DNA of 32,000 bases from NCBI RefSeq assembly GCF_000015225.1, contig NC_008698.1, positions 990,001-1,022,000 on the forward strand, given 5' to 3'. Position numbers and translations under genes: made by a program. This stretch comes from Thermofilum pendens Hrk 5. Lineage in GTDB: Archaea > Thermoproteota > Thermoprotei > Thermofilales > Thermofilaceae. The first letter of the stretch is position 1; each line of letters opens with the position of its first letter. Shown piece by piece: positions 1-8,765 of this stretch. The notes under the pieces are model-generated. The model had not been told where the DNA came from. It saw only the letters and a program-made list of their open reading frames with translations, and made no database searches.

Positions 1-714
1 GGAGTTAGGATCATGCCGACCGTGGAGACCGTGGCGCGCGACCTTTTGGCGAGGGCGGGGCTGAGCGGGGGGCTAGAGGTCAGGGTTGACGTATCGGTCC
101 CCGTGGGCGGAGGCCTGGGGACTAGCGGTGCGAGCGCGCTCGCAACGGCTCTAGCGCTGGGCAAGCTCCTCGGGTTAAAGCTCGGCTACATGGAGCTCGC
201 GAGGGTCGCCCACGTAGCGGAGGTAAAGAACAGGACGGGCCTGGGGACGGTATCGGGGCTAGTGGTGGGAGGCGCCGTCGTAGTCCTGAAGCCCGGGGCC
301 CCGGGCTTCGACGCTGTAGACAGGATACTCTTCGACGACGTAAAGGTCGTAGTGGGCTTCTTCGGCGCGGTGCCGAAGCCCAGCATACTCTCCTCGAAGA
401 ACCTCGCGGAGATAGACCGGGTGGGGAGAAGGCTCGTAGACGAGCTAGCCCGAGAAATGACTATCGAGAAGTTCGCCGAGGTCTCCAAGAGGTTCTCGCT
501 CGAAACCGGGCTCGCGACGCCCAACGTGAGGAAAGCCTTCAAGCTCGCAGAAGAACTGGGGGCGGTGGGCGCCGGGCAGGCACAGATAGGGGACACGGCG
601 TTCCTCCTGGTCTACGAGGACAAGGTGGAGCGAGCCTCGCGCGCCCTCTCGGAGATGGGCGCAAGGGTCGTTGTCTCGGAGATAAGCTGGGAGCCTGCGC
701 ACGTGCTCGCGTAG
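1..714 (+). CDS. GHMP-family kinase, best fit archaeal pantoate kinase; 5' end probably outside the window
   Basis: Frame 1 is open from base 1 (G-V-R-I precedes the first Met at 13), with stop TAG at 712-714. It has GHMP motif II '[20 protein letters not shown]' and a C-terminal glycine-rich '[15 protein letters not shown]'. A T6 tract (723-728) follows the stop. Confidence 0.55.
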   Translation, partial: GVRIMPTVETVARDLLARAGLSGGLEVRVDVSVPVGGGLGTSGASALATALALGKLLGLKLGYMELARVAHVAEVKNRTGLGTVSGLVVGGAVVVLKPGAPGFDAVDRILFDDVKVVVGFFGAVPKPSILSSKNLAEIDRVGRRLVDELAREMTIEKFAEVSKRFSLETGLATPNVRKAFKLAEELGAVGAGQAQIGDTAFLLVYEDKVERASRALSEMGARVVVSEISWEPAHVLA

Positions 715-805
715 CGAAAGCCTTTTTTCCCTCGGCGGGCTACTTAAGGAGAGGTGGTCTGCCATCGCTGTTGGTAGCGGTGTTTCGGGGCGTGGCCAGC
801 GCCTC

Positions 806-1078
806 GTGAGGGCGCACATATACGTCTCGGGTCTCGTTCAAGGGGTGTTCTTCAGGGCGTCGATGCAGGAGGTGGCGAGGAGCCTCGGCGTGAACGGCTG
901 GGTCCGCAACCTGCCGGACGGGAGGGTGGAGGCTGTGCTGGAAGGCGAGGAGGGCGCGGTTCTCAAGGTCATCGAGTGGGCGAGGCGGGGACCGCCGCTG
1001 GCTAGGGTGGAGCGCGTGGACGTCGAGTGGGAGGAGTACAGGGGAGAGTTCAGGGACTTCTACATCAAGTACAGGTGA
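806..1078 (+). CDS. acyP: acylphosphatase
   Basis: 90 aa with a GTG start. Both acylphosphatase signatures are present: '[11 protein letters not shown]' (phosphate loop) and '[17 protein letters not shown]'. Confidence 0.9.
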   Translation: MRAHIYVSGLVQGVFFRASMQEVARSLGVNGWVRNLPDGRVEAVLEGEEGAVLKVIEWARRGPPLARVERVDVEWEEYRGEFRDFYIKYR

Positions 1079-1093
1079 CGCGGTATTAGGGAG

Positions 1094-2287
1094 TTGCACA
1101 GCGTCGGCAGGGTTCTCGGGGAGGTTTCCGGCCTCCTCTCCCGGCCGCCCGCAGAGAGCGTGCCGGTCCTCGACTCTCTCGGTAGGTACTCCGCCGAGAC
1201 CGTAGTGTCGTCCTTCAAGCTCCCCCCTGCCCCGAAGAGCGTGGTAGACGGCTACGCCGTCAGAGCTGAAGACGTGGAGCCCGCGTCTCCGGGCGCCCCG
1301 GTTACCCTGAGGTTGCTGGAAGGAGTCCTGAGGCCCGGCTCAACCGAGGGGTTCGAGTTGCCGAGGGGCTCCGCGGTAAGGGTTGAGACGGGCGCTCTTC
1401 TACCGGTGGGCGCGGACGCCGTCGTGCCCGTCGAGGACGCCTTGGAGGAGGACGGCAGGGTCCACCTGTTCAGGAGGGTCGCGAGGTACGAGAACGTCTC
1501 CCTGCCGGGCGAGGAGTACGAGGAGGGAGTCCCCATAGTTAGGGTGGGCGACCGCATCCAGCCGCACCACCTCTCGGCCCTCGTGCTCGAGGGGAGGAGC
1601 CACGTGAACGTGTTCAGAGTCGAGGCGAGCATCCTCAACGTGGGCGACGAGATAGTGGGGGGCACGTACTTCAGGCCGTTCACGCACTTCCTCGTAGCCT
1701 CCTGGCTGAGGAGCCTGGGCTTCAGGGTGACCGACGTCTCCGTGGCCCCCGACTCCCCCGAGGCAGTGGCGGAGTGGGCGGGGAGCAGGGGTGAGTGGCT
1801 CGTCGTGATCCTAGGCGGGACCTCGATGGGTGGGCACGACTTCACCGTTAAGGCGCTCGAATCCCTAGGGCCCGAGTACATCGTGCACGGGCTCGCGCTT
1901 CAACCGGGCAAAACGGCTTGCGTAGCCGTGAAGGGCGGCCGCCTCTACCTCGCAGCTAGCGGGCTCCCCGTGGCAGCCCTCTCCACGCTCGAGGTCTTCC
2001 TGAGGCCCCTCCTCAGACGCGTAGGCCTGAAGGTCCCGCTACTCCCGAGGGTGAAGGCGAGGCTAACGAGGAGGATCACCGTCAAGGCCGGCGTGGTCGG
2101 GTTCGCCAGGGTCAGGGTGTACAGGGAGGGAGGCACCCTTCTAGCTGAGCCTGTCATGCTGGGCGGCTCCGGGGCGCTTGCGAGCCTTTTGAGGGGCAAC
2201 GGCTACGTGATCGTGCCGGAGGGCCTAGAGGGCTACGACGAGGGAGAAGAGGTCGAGGTACACCTCTACGGGGAGGTCGAGGAGTGA
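1094..2287 (+). CDS. moeA: molybdopterin molybdenum/tungsten transferase MoeA, paralogue 1
   Basis: 397 aa with a TTG start. MoeA motifs present: 'VDGYAVRAED', 'VETGALLPVGADAVVPVE', the MoCF-binding core 'VVILGGTSMGGHDF' and 'LALQPGKT'. Confidence 0.85.
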   Translation: MHSVGRVLGEVSGLLSRPPAESVPVLDSLGRYSAETVVSSFKLPPAPKSVVDGYAVRAEDVEPASPGAPVTLRLLEGVLRPGSTEGFELPRGSAVRVETGALLPVGADAVVPVEDALEEDGRVHLFRRVARYENVSLPGEEYEEGVPIVRVGDRIQPHHLSALVLEGRSHVNVFRVEASILNVGDEIVGGTYFRPFTHFLVASWLRSLGFRVTDVSVAPDSPEAVAEWAGSRGEWLVVILGGTSMGGHDFTVKALESLGPEYIVHGLALQPGKTACVAVKGGRLYLAASGLPVAALSTLEVFLRPLLRRVGLKVPLLPRVKARLTRRITVKAGVVGFARVRVYREGGTLLAEPVMLGGSGALASLLRGNGYVIVPEGLEGYDEGEEVEVHLYGEVEE

Positions 2288-4242
2288 TGCAGCGCAAGAT
2301 CTACAGGAGCCTGGTTGGGGTGGACGAGGTTCTACCCATCATAGAGTCGTACAGGCCGCTGGTACCCCTCGGAGTCGTCGAGCTACCGGTGTCCGAGGCT
2401 GTCGGGAGGGTTCTCGCGGAGAACGTTTTCTCCCCGCTCAACTACCCGCCCTACACGCGGGCCCTCGTAGACGGCTACGCCGTTCGCAGCGACGACCTCG
2501 TCGGCGTATACGAGGATAGGCCAAGGAAGCTGAGGCTTGTAGGCAAGGTTTCGACTGGGGAGACTAGGCTCGTCACGATAGGCAGGGGCGAGTGCGTCGA
2601 GGTATCCACGGGGGCGGTAGTCCCCTACCCCGCGGACGCCGTTGTTCCGGTCGAGTACACCCACCAGGAGGGGGGAGAGGTCACTTTCTACAGGTCGGTC
2701 GCGCGCGGCGAAAACGTGGACGCCGCCGGCTCGGACGTAGCCGAGGGCGAAGTCGTAGCCTGGAAGGGCACCCAGCTTACCCCCACGCTCGCCGCGACGC
2801 TCGCCGCGCTCGGAGTTCGAACAGTGAAGGTCTACAGGCCCGTAAGGCTCGGCATAGTCCCCACGGGGAACGAGCTCAGGCAGCCGGGAGAACCGCTGGA
2901 GTACGGCCAGGTGTACGACTCGAACTCCACGATGGTGTACGCCTACGCGAAGCTAGCGGGCGCCGAGCCCAAAGTGTACCCCCGTGCGCGCGACGAACTC
3001 GGAGAAGTCGAGGAGGTCCTGCACAGAGCCCTCGACGAGAACGACGTCGTAGCCACGATCGGCGGGACCTCAGCGGGGCCCGAGGACCTAGTATACAGGG
3101 CCCTTTCGAGGCTGGACCCGGGGATAATCCTCCACGGAGTCCGCGAGAAGCCCGGGAGGCCCCTCGCCGTCGCCCTGCACGGCGAGAAGATAGTCTTCAG
3201 CCTGCCCGGCTTCCCGATGTCCTGCCTCCTAACGGTCAACCTGTACCTGCTACCCGTAATCCTCAGGCTTCAGGGAGTGTCTCCCCAGCAGCTCCCCCGG
3301 AGGAGGGCGGTCATCGCTACGCCGCTCCGCGGCGAGGCCGGGATAAGGGTCTTTGTCCCGGTGATACTGGCGGAGAGGGGTGGGCGCCAGGCGGCTTTCC
3401 CGTTGCCGGGGCACAGCGGGAGAGTATCCTTGATGGTCCTCGTCGACGGCTTCGCGGTGATCCCGGAGAACCTCGAGTACGCCCCCGAGGGGAGCGAGCT
3501 GGAAGTAGTGCTGAACCCGTTCCAGAGGGCTTACCGGGTGAACATCATCGGGAGCCACGACCCGTTGCTCCAGTCGATAGTAGCCAGTATCCCGGAGGCC
3601 GGGGAAGTGCGCGTGGTGAACGTGGGTAGCCTCGCCGGGCTACAGGCGGTGAAGTCTGGCGTAGCGGATATCGCCGGCACACACCTCCTCGACCCCGAGA
3701 CGGGGGAGTACAACGTCCCCTACGTTAAGCGCCTCGGGATAAGGGACGCCGTCCTCGTGAAGGGCTACAAGCGCGAGCAAGGATTCGTCTACAGGAAAGA
3801 GGTAGGCCCGGTATCGAGCTTCGCGGAGGTAATAGAGGGGGGCTACAGGTTCGTGAACAGGAACCCCGGGAGCGGTACCCGGGTACTCGTAGACCACCTC
3901 CTAGAGGAGGAAGCCAGGGGGAAAGGCGTCGACGCGGCGGAGCTCAAGGAGAGGCTTAAAGGCTACTCGTTCGAGGTTAAAACCCACGAAGCCGTAGCCT
4001 ACCTCGTAAGCCGGGGAGTAGCCGACGTCGGCGTAGCCGTGAGGTACGTTGCGGAGCGCTACGGGCTGGGCTTCACGTACCTGGCGAGCGAGGAGTACGA
4101 CCTCCTAGTCAGGAAGGAGTCCCTCGAAAAAAGCGCGGTGAAGCGGATTATCGAGGCTTTAAGGGAGCTTTCCCGCAGGGGAGACGCCGGCTTAAAGGGC
4201 TACATCGTGGGCCCGGAGACGGGCAGTATAATCGAGCTCTGA
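2284..4242 (+). CDS. moeA: MoeA paralogue 2 fused to a C-terminal periplasmic-binding-protein-like (oxyanion-binding-type) domain
   Basis: 652 aa. GTG 2284 overlaps the upstream TGA (2285-2287); ATG 2287 is an alternative start. MoeA motifs present: 'VDGYAVRSDD', 'VSTGAVVPYPADAVVPVE', 'VATIGGTSAGPEDL', 'VREKPGRP'. From about nt 3538 there is an extra ~230 aa ('NIIGSHDPLL...GSLAGLQAVKSGVADIAGTHL...') with the look of a type-2 PBP fold. Confidence 0.8.
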   Translation: MMQRKIYRSLVGVDEVLPIIESYRPLVPLGVVELPVSEAVGRVLAENVFSPLNYPPYTRALVDGYAVRSDDLVGVYEDRPRKLRLVGKVSTGETRLVTIGRGECVEVSTGAVVPYPADAVVPVEYTHQEGGEVTFYRSVARGENVDAAGSDVAEGEVVAWKGTQLTPTLAATLAALGVRTVKVYRPVRLGIVPTGNELRQPGEPLEYGQVYDSNSTMVYAYAKLAGAEPKVYPRARDELGEVEEVLHRALDENDVVATIGGTSAGPEDLVYRALSRLDPGIILHGVREKPGRPLAVALHGEKIVFSLPGFPMSCLLTVNLYLLPVILRLQGVSPQQLPRRRAVIATPLRGEAGIRVFVPVILAERGGRQAAFPLPGHSGRVSLMVLVDGFAVIPENLEYAPEGSELEVVLNPFQRAYRVNIIGSHDPLLQSIVASIPEAGEVRVVNVGSLAGLQAVKSGVADIAGTHLLDPETGEYNVPYVKRLGIRDAVLVKGYKREQGFVYRKEVGPVSSFAEVIEGGYRFVNRNPGSGTRVLVDHLLEEEARGKGVDAAELKERLKGYSFEVKTHEAVAYLVSRGVADVGVAVRYVAERYGLGFTYLASEEYDLLVRKESLEKSAVKRIIEALRELSRRGDAGLKGYIVGPETGSIIEL

Positions 4243-4301
4243 CTTAGCATTATTTAAAAGGAATTAGAAAAGTTTATAAGAAGGAATATAATTGTATACC
4301 C
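4243..4301 (+). promoter_or_regulatory. AT-rich promoter island for the sugar ABC operon
   Basis: This is a 59-nt AT-rich gap in a GC-rich context. TATA-like 'tttataa' at 4273-4279 lies 23-29 nt before GTG 4302, consistent with a leaderless or short-leader archaeal mRNA. Confidence 0.5.
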
Positions 4302-5558
4302 GTGGCGGCGCAGGAAAAGGGAAAGAAGGGAGTAAACAAGCTTCTTATCGCCGTTGCTGTACTGGTTATCGTAGCACTAGCGGCTGTAGCCCTCTACCCG
4401 ATGTTCGCTCCTAAACCGGCGCCTAAACAGGTAAAGATAACTATATGGACGGCGTGGACTGGCGGAGAGTACGACGCACTTAAAGCCGTTATAGACGATT
4501 TCAGGGCGAAGAACCCCAACTACCAGATAGACATAGTCAACGTCCCCTTCGACCAGCTCAAGAACAAGGTTATACAGGCGGTACCGGTCGGCGAAGGGCC
4601 GGACCTCTTCACCGGCCCGCACGACTGGACGGGCGAGCTCGTCCAGGCGGGCGCTCTCGTAGACATCACGGACAAAGTCTCCGCCTTTAAGGGAGAGTAC
4701 ATGGAGAGCGCCCTCCAGGGAGTAACGCTGAAGGGCAAGATCTACGGGCTACCCGAGAGCATCAAGCTACCGGCCTTGATAGTGAACAAGAAGCTCCTAG
4801 CCACTCCCCCGAAGACGCTCGACGAGCTGTGGAGCATAATGGACCAGTTCAAGGCTAAGGGGATGTACGGCCTCGCGTACGACGTGCAGAACGCGTACTT
4901 CAGTAGCTGCTGGTTCTACGGGCTCGGAGCCTACTACCTCGACCCCAACACCCTGGAGACAGCGCTGGACAGCCCCGGCGCCGTCCAGGCGTTCCAGATA
5001 ATCGCCAAGTTCAGCAAGTACCTCCCGCCGGACATCAGCTACGACATGATGACCAACCTCTTCATGAACGGTAAAGCCGCGATGGCCATAAACGGTCCAT
5101 GGTGGATCGGAGACCTCAAAAAGGCTTTCGGCGAGAACCTCGCGGACATCGAGATAACCCTCATACCGGCTATAGACCCGGCGCACCCGGCCAGGCCCTT
5201 CATGACGGTGGAGGCGGTCTTCGTGACTAAGAACGCCGCCGAGAGGGGCGTCCTCGACGAAGCAATAGCGCTGGCGCACTACATAACGGGCGAAGCCTCC
5301 GTAAAGCTCGCCAAGATGGCTGGACACGTACCCACGTGGAAGAACGCCATGAAGGACCCGGCAGTCTCCGGTGACAAGGTTATCAGCGCGTTCTTCAAGC
5401 AGGCCGAGTACGGCGTACCGATGCCGAACGTACCCGAGGTCGCGCAGATGTGGAACGTCGTGCCGAAGTACATAAGCCAGGTCTACCAGGGACAGCTATC
5501 CCCGCAGGACGCGGCGAAGGCGGCGGCCCAGGAGCTAAGAGCGGCCCTGAAGAAATGA
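4302..5558 (+). CDS. ABC transporter substrate-binding protein, MalE-like (maltodextrin/trehalose-type sugar)
   Basis: 418 aa. The N-terminus has basic residues followed by a single TM anchor ('KKGVNKLLIAVAVLVIVALAAVAL'). Family-1 SBP blocks present: 'KITIWTAW', 'GPDLFTGPHDW', 'GKIYGLPESI', 'AMAINGPWWIGDL'. Confidence 0.8.
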   Translation: MAAQEKGKKGVNKLLIAVAVLVIVALAAVALYPMFAPKPAPKQVKITIWTAWTGGEYDALKAVIDDFRAKNPNYQIDIVNVPFDQLKNKVIQAVPVGEGPDLFTGPHDWTGELVQAGALVDITDKVSAFKGEYMESALQGVTLKGKIYGLPESIKLPALIVNKKLLATPPKTLDELWSIMDQFKAKGMYGLAYDVQNAYFSSCWFYGLGAYYLDPNTLETALDSPGAVQAFQIIAKFSKYLPPDISYDMMTNLFMNGKAAMAINGPWWIGDLKKAFGENLADIEITLIPAIDPAHPARPFMTVEAVFVTKNAAERGVLDEAIALAHYITGEASVKLAKMAGHVPTWKNAMKDPAVSGDKVISAFFKQAEYGVPMPNVPEVAQMWNVVPKYISQVYQGQLSPQDAAKAAAQELRAALKK

Positions 5559-5567
5559 GTTAAAAAC

Positions 5568-5577
5568 TTTTTTATTT
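5568..5577 (+). terminator. oligo-T tract between the SBP gene and the first permease gene (possible partial terminator)
   Basis: 'ttttttattt' lies 10 nt after the SBP stop (TGA 5556-5558) and 11 nt before the permease start at 5588. Confidence 0.4.
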
Positions 5578-5587
5578 ACCGTTTTCA

Positions 5588-6544
5588 TTGGTGGTGGTTT
5601 GTTTGCCCGTATCCTCCGTTAAGAAGTATAGCGCCCCCATACTCTTCCTCCTACCGGCGCTCGTAGTGCTCGCCATGGTAAGCTTCTACCCACTAGTATT
5701 CGGCTTCTACATGGCGTTCACGGACATGTCCACAACGAAGGGTAAGTGGATCTCCTGGGACTTCGTAGGCCTCGAGAACTTCCGGAGAATAGTGGAGGAG
5801 CTGCTAACGCCCGAGCTCGGCCTGGGTAGAGCCTTGCTCAACACAGTGTTCTTCACGGTGGTAAACGTCGCCCTGCAGGTACTAGTCGGGGTAGCCTTCG
5901 CCTTCATGCTTAACTCGGACAAGCTACTCTGGCGCAGGTTCTGGCAGGCTGTGTTCATCGTTCCCTGGGCCGTCCCAGGCTATATAAGCATAATGGCGTG
6001 GTTCTTCCTCTACCAGTACTCCTACGGCTACTTCAACCAGATACTCATGAACCTGGGGCTCGAGAGAATAGACTGGCTCGGGCAGAGGCTGGACACGTTC
6101 TGGCCCTGGGTGTCCATCAACGCTACGAATGTCTGGCTGGCGTACCCCTTCATAATGACGGTCACCCTGGCGGCTCTGCAAACGCTTCCGAGGGACCTGC
6201 TGGACGCGGCGAAGGTCGACGGCGCGGGCGGGTGGCAGACGTTCCGCTACGTAGTGCTCCCGCACATAAAGCCGCCCCTAACGATCGCGACGGTTTTGAC
6301 TACGATAACGACCTTCCAGCAGTTCGGCGTAGTGTGGCTCTTGACGGGGGGAGGCCCGCAGATATTCGTGAAGGCTATCGGCACCACCATCTACGTTACC
6401 GACCTGCTCATGACCTATGGCTACAGGACGATATGGCAGTTCGGGGACTACGGCTACGGAGCGGCCTTCTCCATATTCCTGGCACTGCTCGTAGTACCGG
6501 CCAGCATATACGCCATGAAGAAGCTGAGAGTCGTGGGTGAGTAG
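5588..6544 (+). CDS. ABC sugar transporter permease, MalF/UgpA-like
   Basis: 318 aa polytopic protein. It has the EAA-loop region 'AAKVDGAGGWQTFRYVVLPHIKP' typical of binding-protein-dependent transport inner-membrane components. TTG 5588 is the start, with GTG 5591/5594 as alternatives. Confidence 0.85.
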   Translation: MVVVCLPVSSVKKYSAPILFLLPALVVLAMVSFYPLVFGFYMAFTDMSTTKGKWISWDFVGLENFRRIVEELLTPELGLGRALLNTVFFTVVNVALQVLVGVAFAFMLNSDKLLWRRFWQAVFIVPWAVPGYISIMAWFFLYQYSYGYFNQILMNLGLERIDWLGQRLDTFWPWVSINATNVWLAYPFIMTVTLAALQTLPRDLLDAAKVDGAGGWQTFRYVVLPHIKPPLTIATVLTTITTFQQFGVVWLLTGGGPQIFVKAIGTTIYVTDLLMTYGYRTIWQFGDYGYGAAFSIFLALLVVPASIYAMKKLRVVGE

Positions 6545-6547
6545 GCG

Positions 6548-7462
6548 GTGGCGAAGGCGCACTCCCTGGCGCAGAGGATCGCCCTCCTAGTCCTCGTCGC
6601 CGTGCTGAGCTACGCAATCGTCTACCCGGTCACGTGGGTTGTCCTGACGAGCCTGAGGAAGTTCGGGGCCTCGCTACCCACGGAGAAGATAAGCCTCTTG
6701 GACGCCCTGTTCCCGAAGCCGGACTCTCTGCCCTCCTCAATTGAGGAGACGACCTACTACATGTTACTCTTTAAGACGAAGTTCCCGCTATTCATGTGGA
6801 ACAGCGTTTACGTGAGCACCTTGACCATGCTGCTCGCCGTCCTCGTCGGCACGATGTCGGGCTACGCTTTCAGCAGGTACAACTTCCCGGGCAAGAGGAA
6901 GCTACTCTGGACGCTCCTCGTACTCAACAGCATACCCGGGCTCGTAACGTTCATACCGCTATACAGGCTCCTGGTGTTCTACGACCAGACGTTCAGGGCC
7001 ATAGGGTTGCCCAAGGGGACCTTCCTGGGCCCCGGGGGCCTGATACTCGTGTACCTAGCGGGCGCTATACCGTACTCGTCCTGGTTCCTGAAGTCCTTCT
7101 TCGACACCATCCCGCGGGAGCTAGACGAGCAGGCGCTCGTAGACGGGGCTACGCCGTTCCAGATCTTCTGGAAGATTACCCTCCCGCTCGCGCTACCCGG
7201 GATAGCCACGATAGCGATACTGGTCTTCCTAGGCGCTTGGAACGAGTTCATGCTCGCCACGCTCCTTCTCAGCAACGAGAACTACTACACCCTACCGGTG
7301 TTCATAACCCAGCTTAGAAACCAGCAGTACGCCAGCACCTACGGAGGGATACCCGCGTTCGCCGCGGCAAGCTTCATGGCATCGATACCAGTCGTCATAC
7401 TCTTCGTGGTGAGTCAGAAGTACCTGAAGTCAGGGCTTACGATGGGCGCAGTGAAAGGGTAG
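6548..7462 (+). CDS. ABC sugar transporter permease, MalG/UgpE-like
   Basis: 304 aa with a GTG start 3 nt after the upstream stop. It has the EAA loop 'EQALVDGATPFQIFWKITLPLALPG' and multiple TM segments. Confidence 0.85.
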   Translation: MAKAHSLAQRIALLVLVAVLSYAIVYPVTWVVLTSLRKFGASLPTEKISLLDALFPKPDSLPSSIEETTYYMLLFKTKFPLFMWNSVYVSTLTMLLAVLVGTMSGYAFSRYNFPGKRKLLWTLLVLNSIPGLVTFIPLYRLLVFYDQTFRAIGLPKGTFLGPGGLILVYLAGAIPYSSWFLKSFFDTIPRELDEQALVDGATPFQIFWKITLPLALPGIATIAILVFLGAWNEFMLATLLLSNENYYTLPVFITQLRNQQYASTYGGIPAFAAASFMASIPVVILFVVSQKYLKSGLTMGAVKG

Positions 7463-7563
7463 CGCCTAGAGAGGCTCCATCGTTATAAATATTTTTGGGC
7501 TCAAATAGATAATATATATAGAAAGCCTTATTAGCTACATAGATTTTCTCCAGCTCGGTATAC
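7463..7563 (+). promoter_or_regulatory. AT-rich promoter region of pstS
   Basis: This is a 101-nt AT-rich gap. TATA-like elements: 'gttataaatattttt' (7482-7496), 'aatatatatag' (7511-7521) and 'ccttattagc' about 30 nt before ATG 7564. Confidence 0.5.
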
Positions 7564-8667
7564 ATGCCGCTAACAAGTAGAGGAGCCGCGCTGACCGTAC
7601 TCCTAGTGGGGCTCGCGCTAGCGGCGGTACTATGGATAGGCTCGCAGCAGGCGCAGCGAGAGGTCCTCCTCAAGGGTAGCGGGGCCACATTCCCCATGCC
7701 CCAGATACAGGCCTGGGCGTACAGGTTTACCTCGAAGCACCCCGGCATCAAGATCGAGTACGCCGGCGTAGGCTCGGGGCAGGGGATAAGCGACTTCTTA
7801 AACGGCATCGTCGACTTCGCGGGGAGCGATGTACCACTCAACGACCAGCAGTACAGCGCCGCCCGGAGCAGGTTCGGCGAGGTATACCAGCTACCTTACA
7901 TCCTCGGCGGCGTGGCAGTGGTGTACAACGTGCCTGAGATCAAGGGGGCAGGCAACCTCAGGCTTACCGGGGAGGTTCTTGCCGACATACTGCTCGGCAA
8001 GATAGCGTACTGGGACGACCCGAGAATAAGGGAGCTGAACCCCGGCCTTAACCTGCCGCACAAGGAGATAGTACTCGTGTACAGAAGCGACGCGAGCGGC
8101 ACGAACGAAGTCTTCACGAAGTACTTGTCCTACGTCTCGCCGGAGTGGAGGAAAACCGTGGGGGCGGGTAAAACCGTGCAGTGGCCCCTCGCAGGGCTCG
8201 GCCGCGCGGTGGGCGCGAAGGGGAACCCCGGAGTAGCCCAGGCTGTGAACAGCACGCCCTACGCTTTAGGGTACGTGGAGCTCGCGTACACGAAGGGCCT
8301 CGGCGTCGCGGCTATAAGAAACAAGTCCGGAAACTTCGTTCTACCGACACCGAGAAGCGTTACGATCGCCGCCTCAGCCCTCCCAGCGCTCGACCCCTCC
8401 TCGAGCATAGCCGGCGTAAACTACCTAGAGGCGATATTCGGAAACCCCGACCCAGACGCCTACCCCATATCCACTCCCACCTTCCTGGTAGTCAAAGGCC
8501 CGAAGAACTACGACCCCCCGAAGGCTAAAGCCCTGGCACTCTTCCTAAAGTACATAGCCACGGAGGGTCAGAGCCCCGAGAGCATCGTAGAGGGCTATGC
8601 CCCCGTACCGCAGCAGTTGCGCGAAGCAATACTCAGGGTCGCCGCCATCCTCGAGGCTGGGGGCTAA
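7564..8667 (+). CDS. pstS: phosphate ABC transporter substrate-binding protein
   Basis: 367 aa with an N-terminal signal/anchor ('AALTVLLVGLALAAVLWIG'). PstS blocks present: 'GSGATFPMPQIQAW', 'YAGVGSGQGISDF', 'FAGSDVPL', 'YRSDASGTNEVFT'. Confidence 0.9.
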   Translation: MPLTSRGAALTVLLVGLALAAVLWIGSQQAQREVLLKGSGATFPMPQIQAWAYRFTSKHPGIKIEYAGVGSGQGISDFLNGIVDFAGSDVPLNDQQYSAARSRFGEVYQLPYILGGVAVVYNVPEIKGAGNLRLTGEVLADILLGKIAYWDDPRIRELNPGLNLPHKEIVLVYRSDASGTNEVFTKYLSYVSPEWRKTVGAGKTVQWPLAGLGRAVGAKGNPGVAQAVNSTPYALGYVELAYTKGLGVAAIRNKSGNFVLPTPRSVTIAASALPALDPSSSIAGVNYLEAIFGNPDPDAYPISTPTFLVVKGPKNYDPPKAKALALFLKYIATEGQSPESIVEGYAPVPQQLREAILRVAAILEAGG

Positions 8668-8765
8668 CTTTAAAAACTATATATTTTTTGCAATAACTTT
8701 CTATTACGTTCAATTACTAAAGAAAGCTATATAAGTGGAGCTGCGGCGATATAACTGGGACCTCC
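8668..8765 (+). promoter_or_regulatory. pstS-pstC spacer: T6 tract (8684-8689) followed by a TATA-like internal promoter
   Basis: This is a 98-nt AT-rich gap. 'atattttttg' lies just after the pstS stop. 'ctatataag' at 8727-8735 lies 31-39 nt before ATG 8766. Confidence 0.45.

Noticed and set aside
186-1881. Several 95-209 aa minus-strand ORFs (186-596, 445-819, 740-1099, 1252-1881, 1400-1687).
   Set aside because: All are antisense or off-frame to well-supported + strand genes (GHMP kinase, acyP, moeA). They have biased Ser/Pro/Arg composition and no recognisable motifs.
2592-3629. 345-aa ORF on the + strand, extremely Arg/Gly/Pro-rich.
   Set aside because: It lies entirely inside the MoeA-PBP gene in another frame. 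Its low-complexity composition is typical of off-frame ORFs in GC-rich DNA, and the MoeA frame carries clear family motifs.
5998-7317. 180-aa and 173-aa + strand ORFs (5998-6540, 6796-7317) plus minus-strand ORFs inside the permease genes.
   Set aside because: These are off-frame, Arg/Gly/His-rich translations of the two ABC permease genes, and the permease frames show EAA loops and TM helices.
7515-8735. Shared 'AGAAAGC' heptamer next to the TATA-like boxes upstream of pstS (7520-7526) and pstC (8721-8727), considered as a possible Pho-box.
   Set aside because: Seven nucleotides occurring twice in AT-rich promoter DNA is within chance expectation. I found no further copies upstream of the AbrB-PhoU genes.
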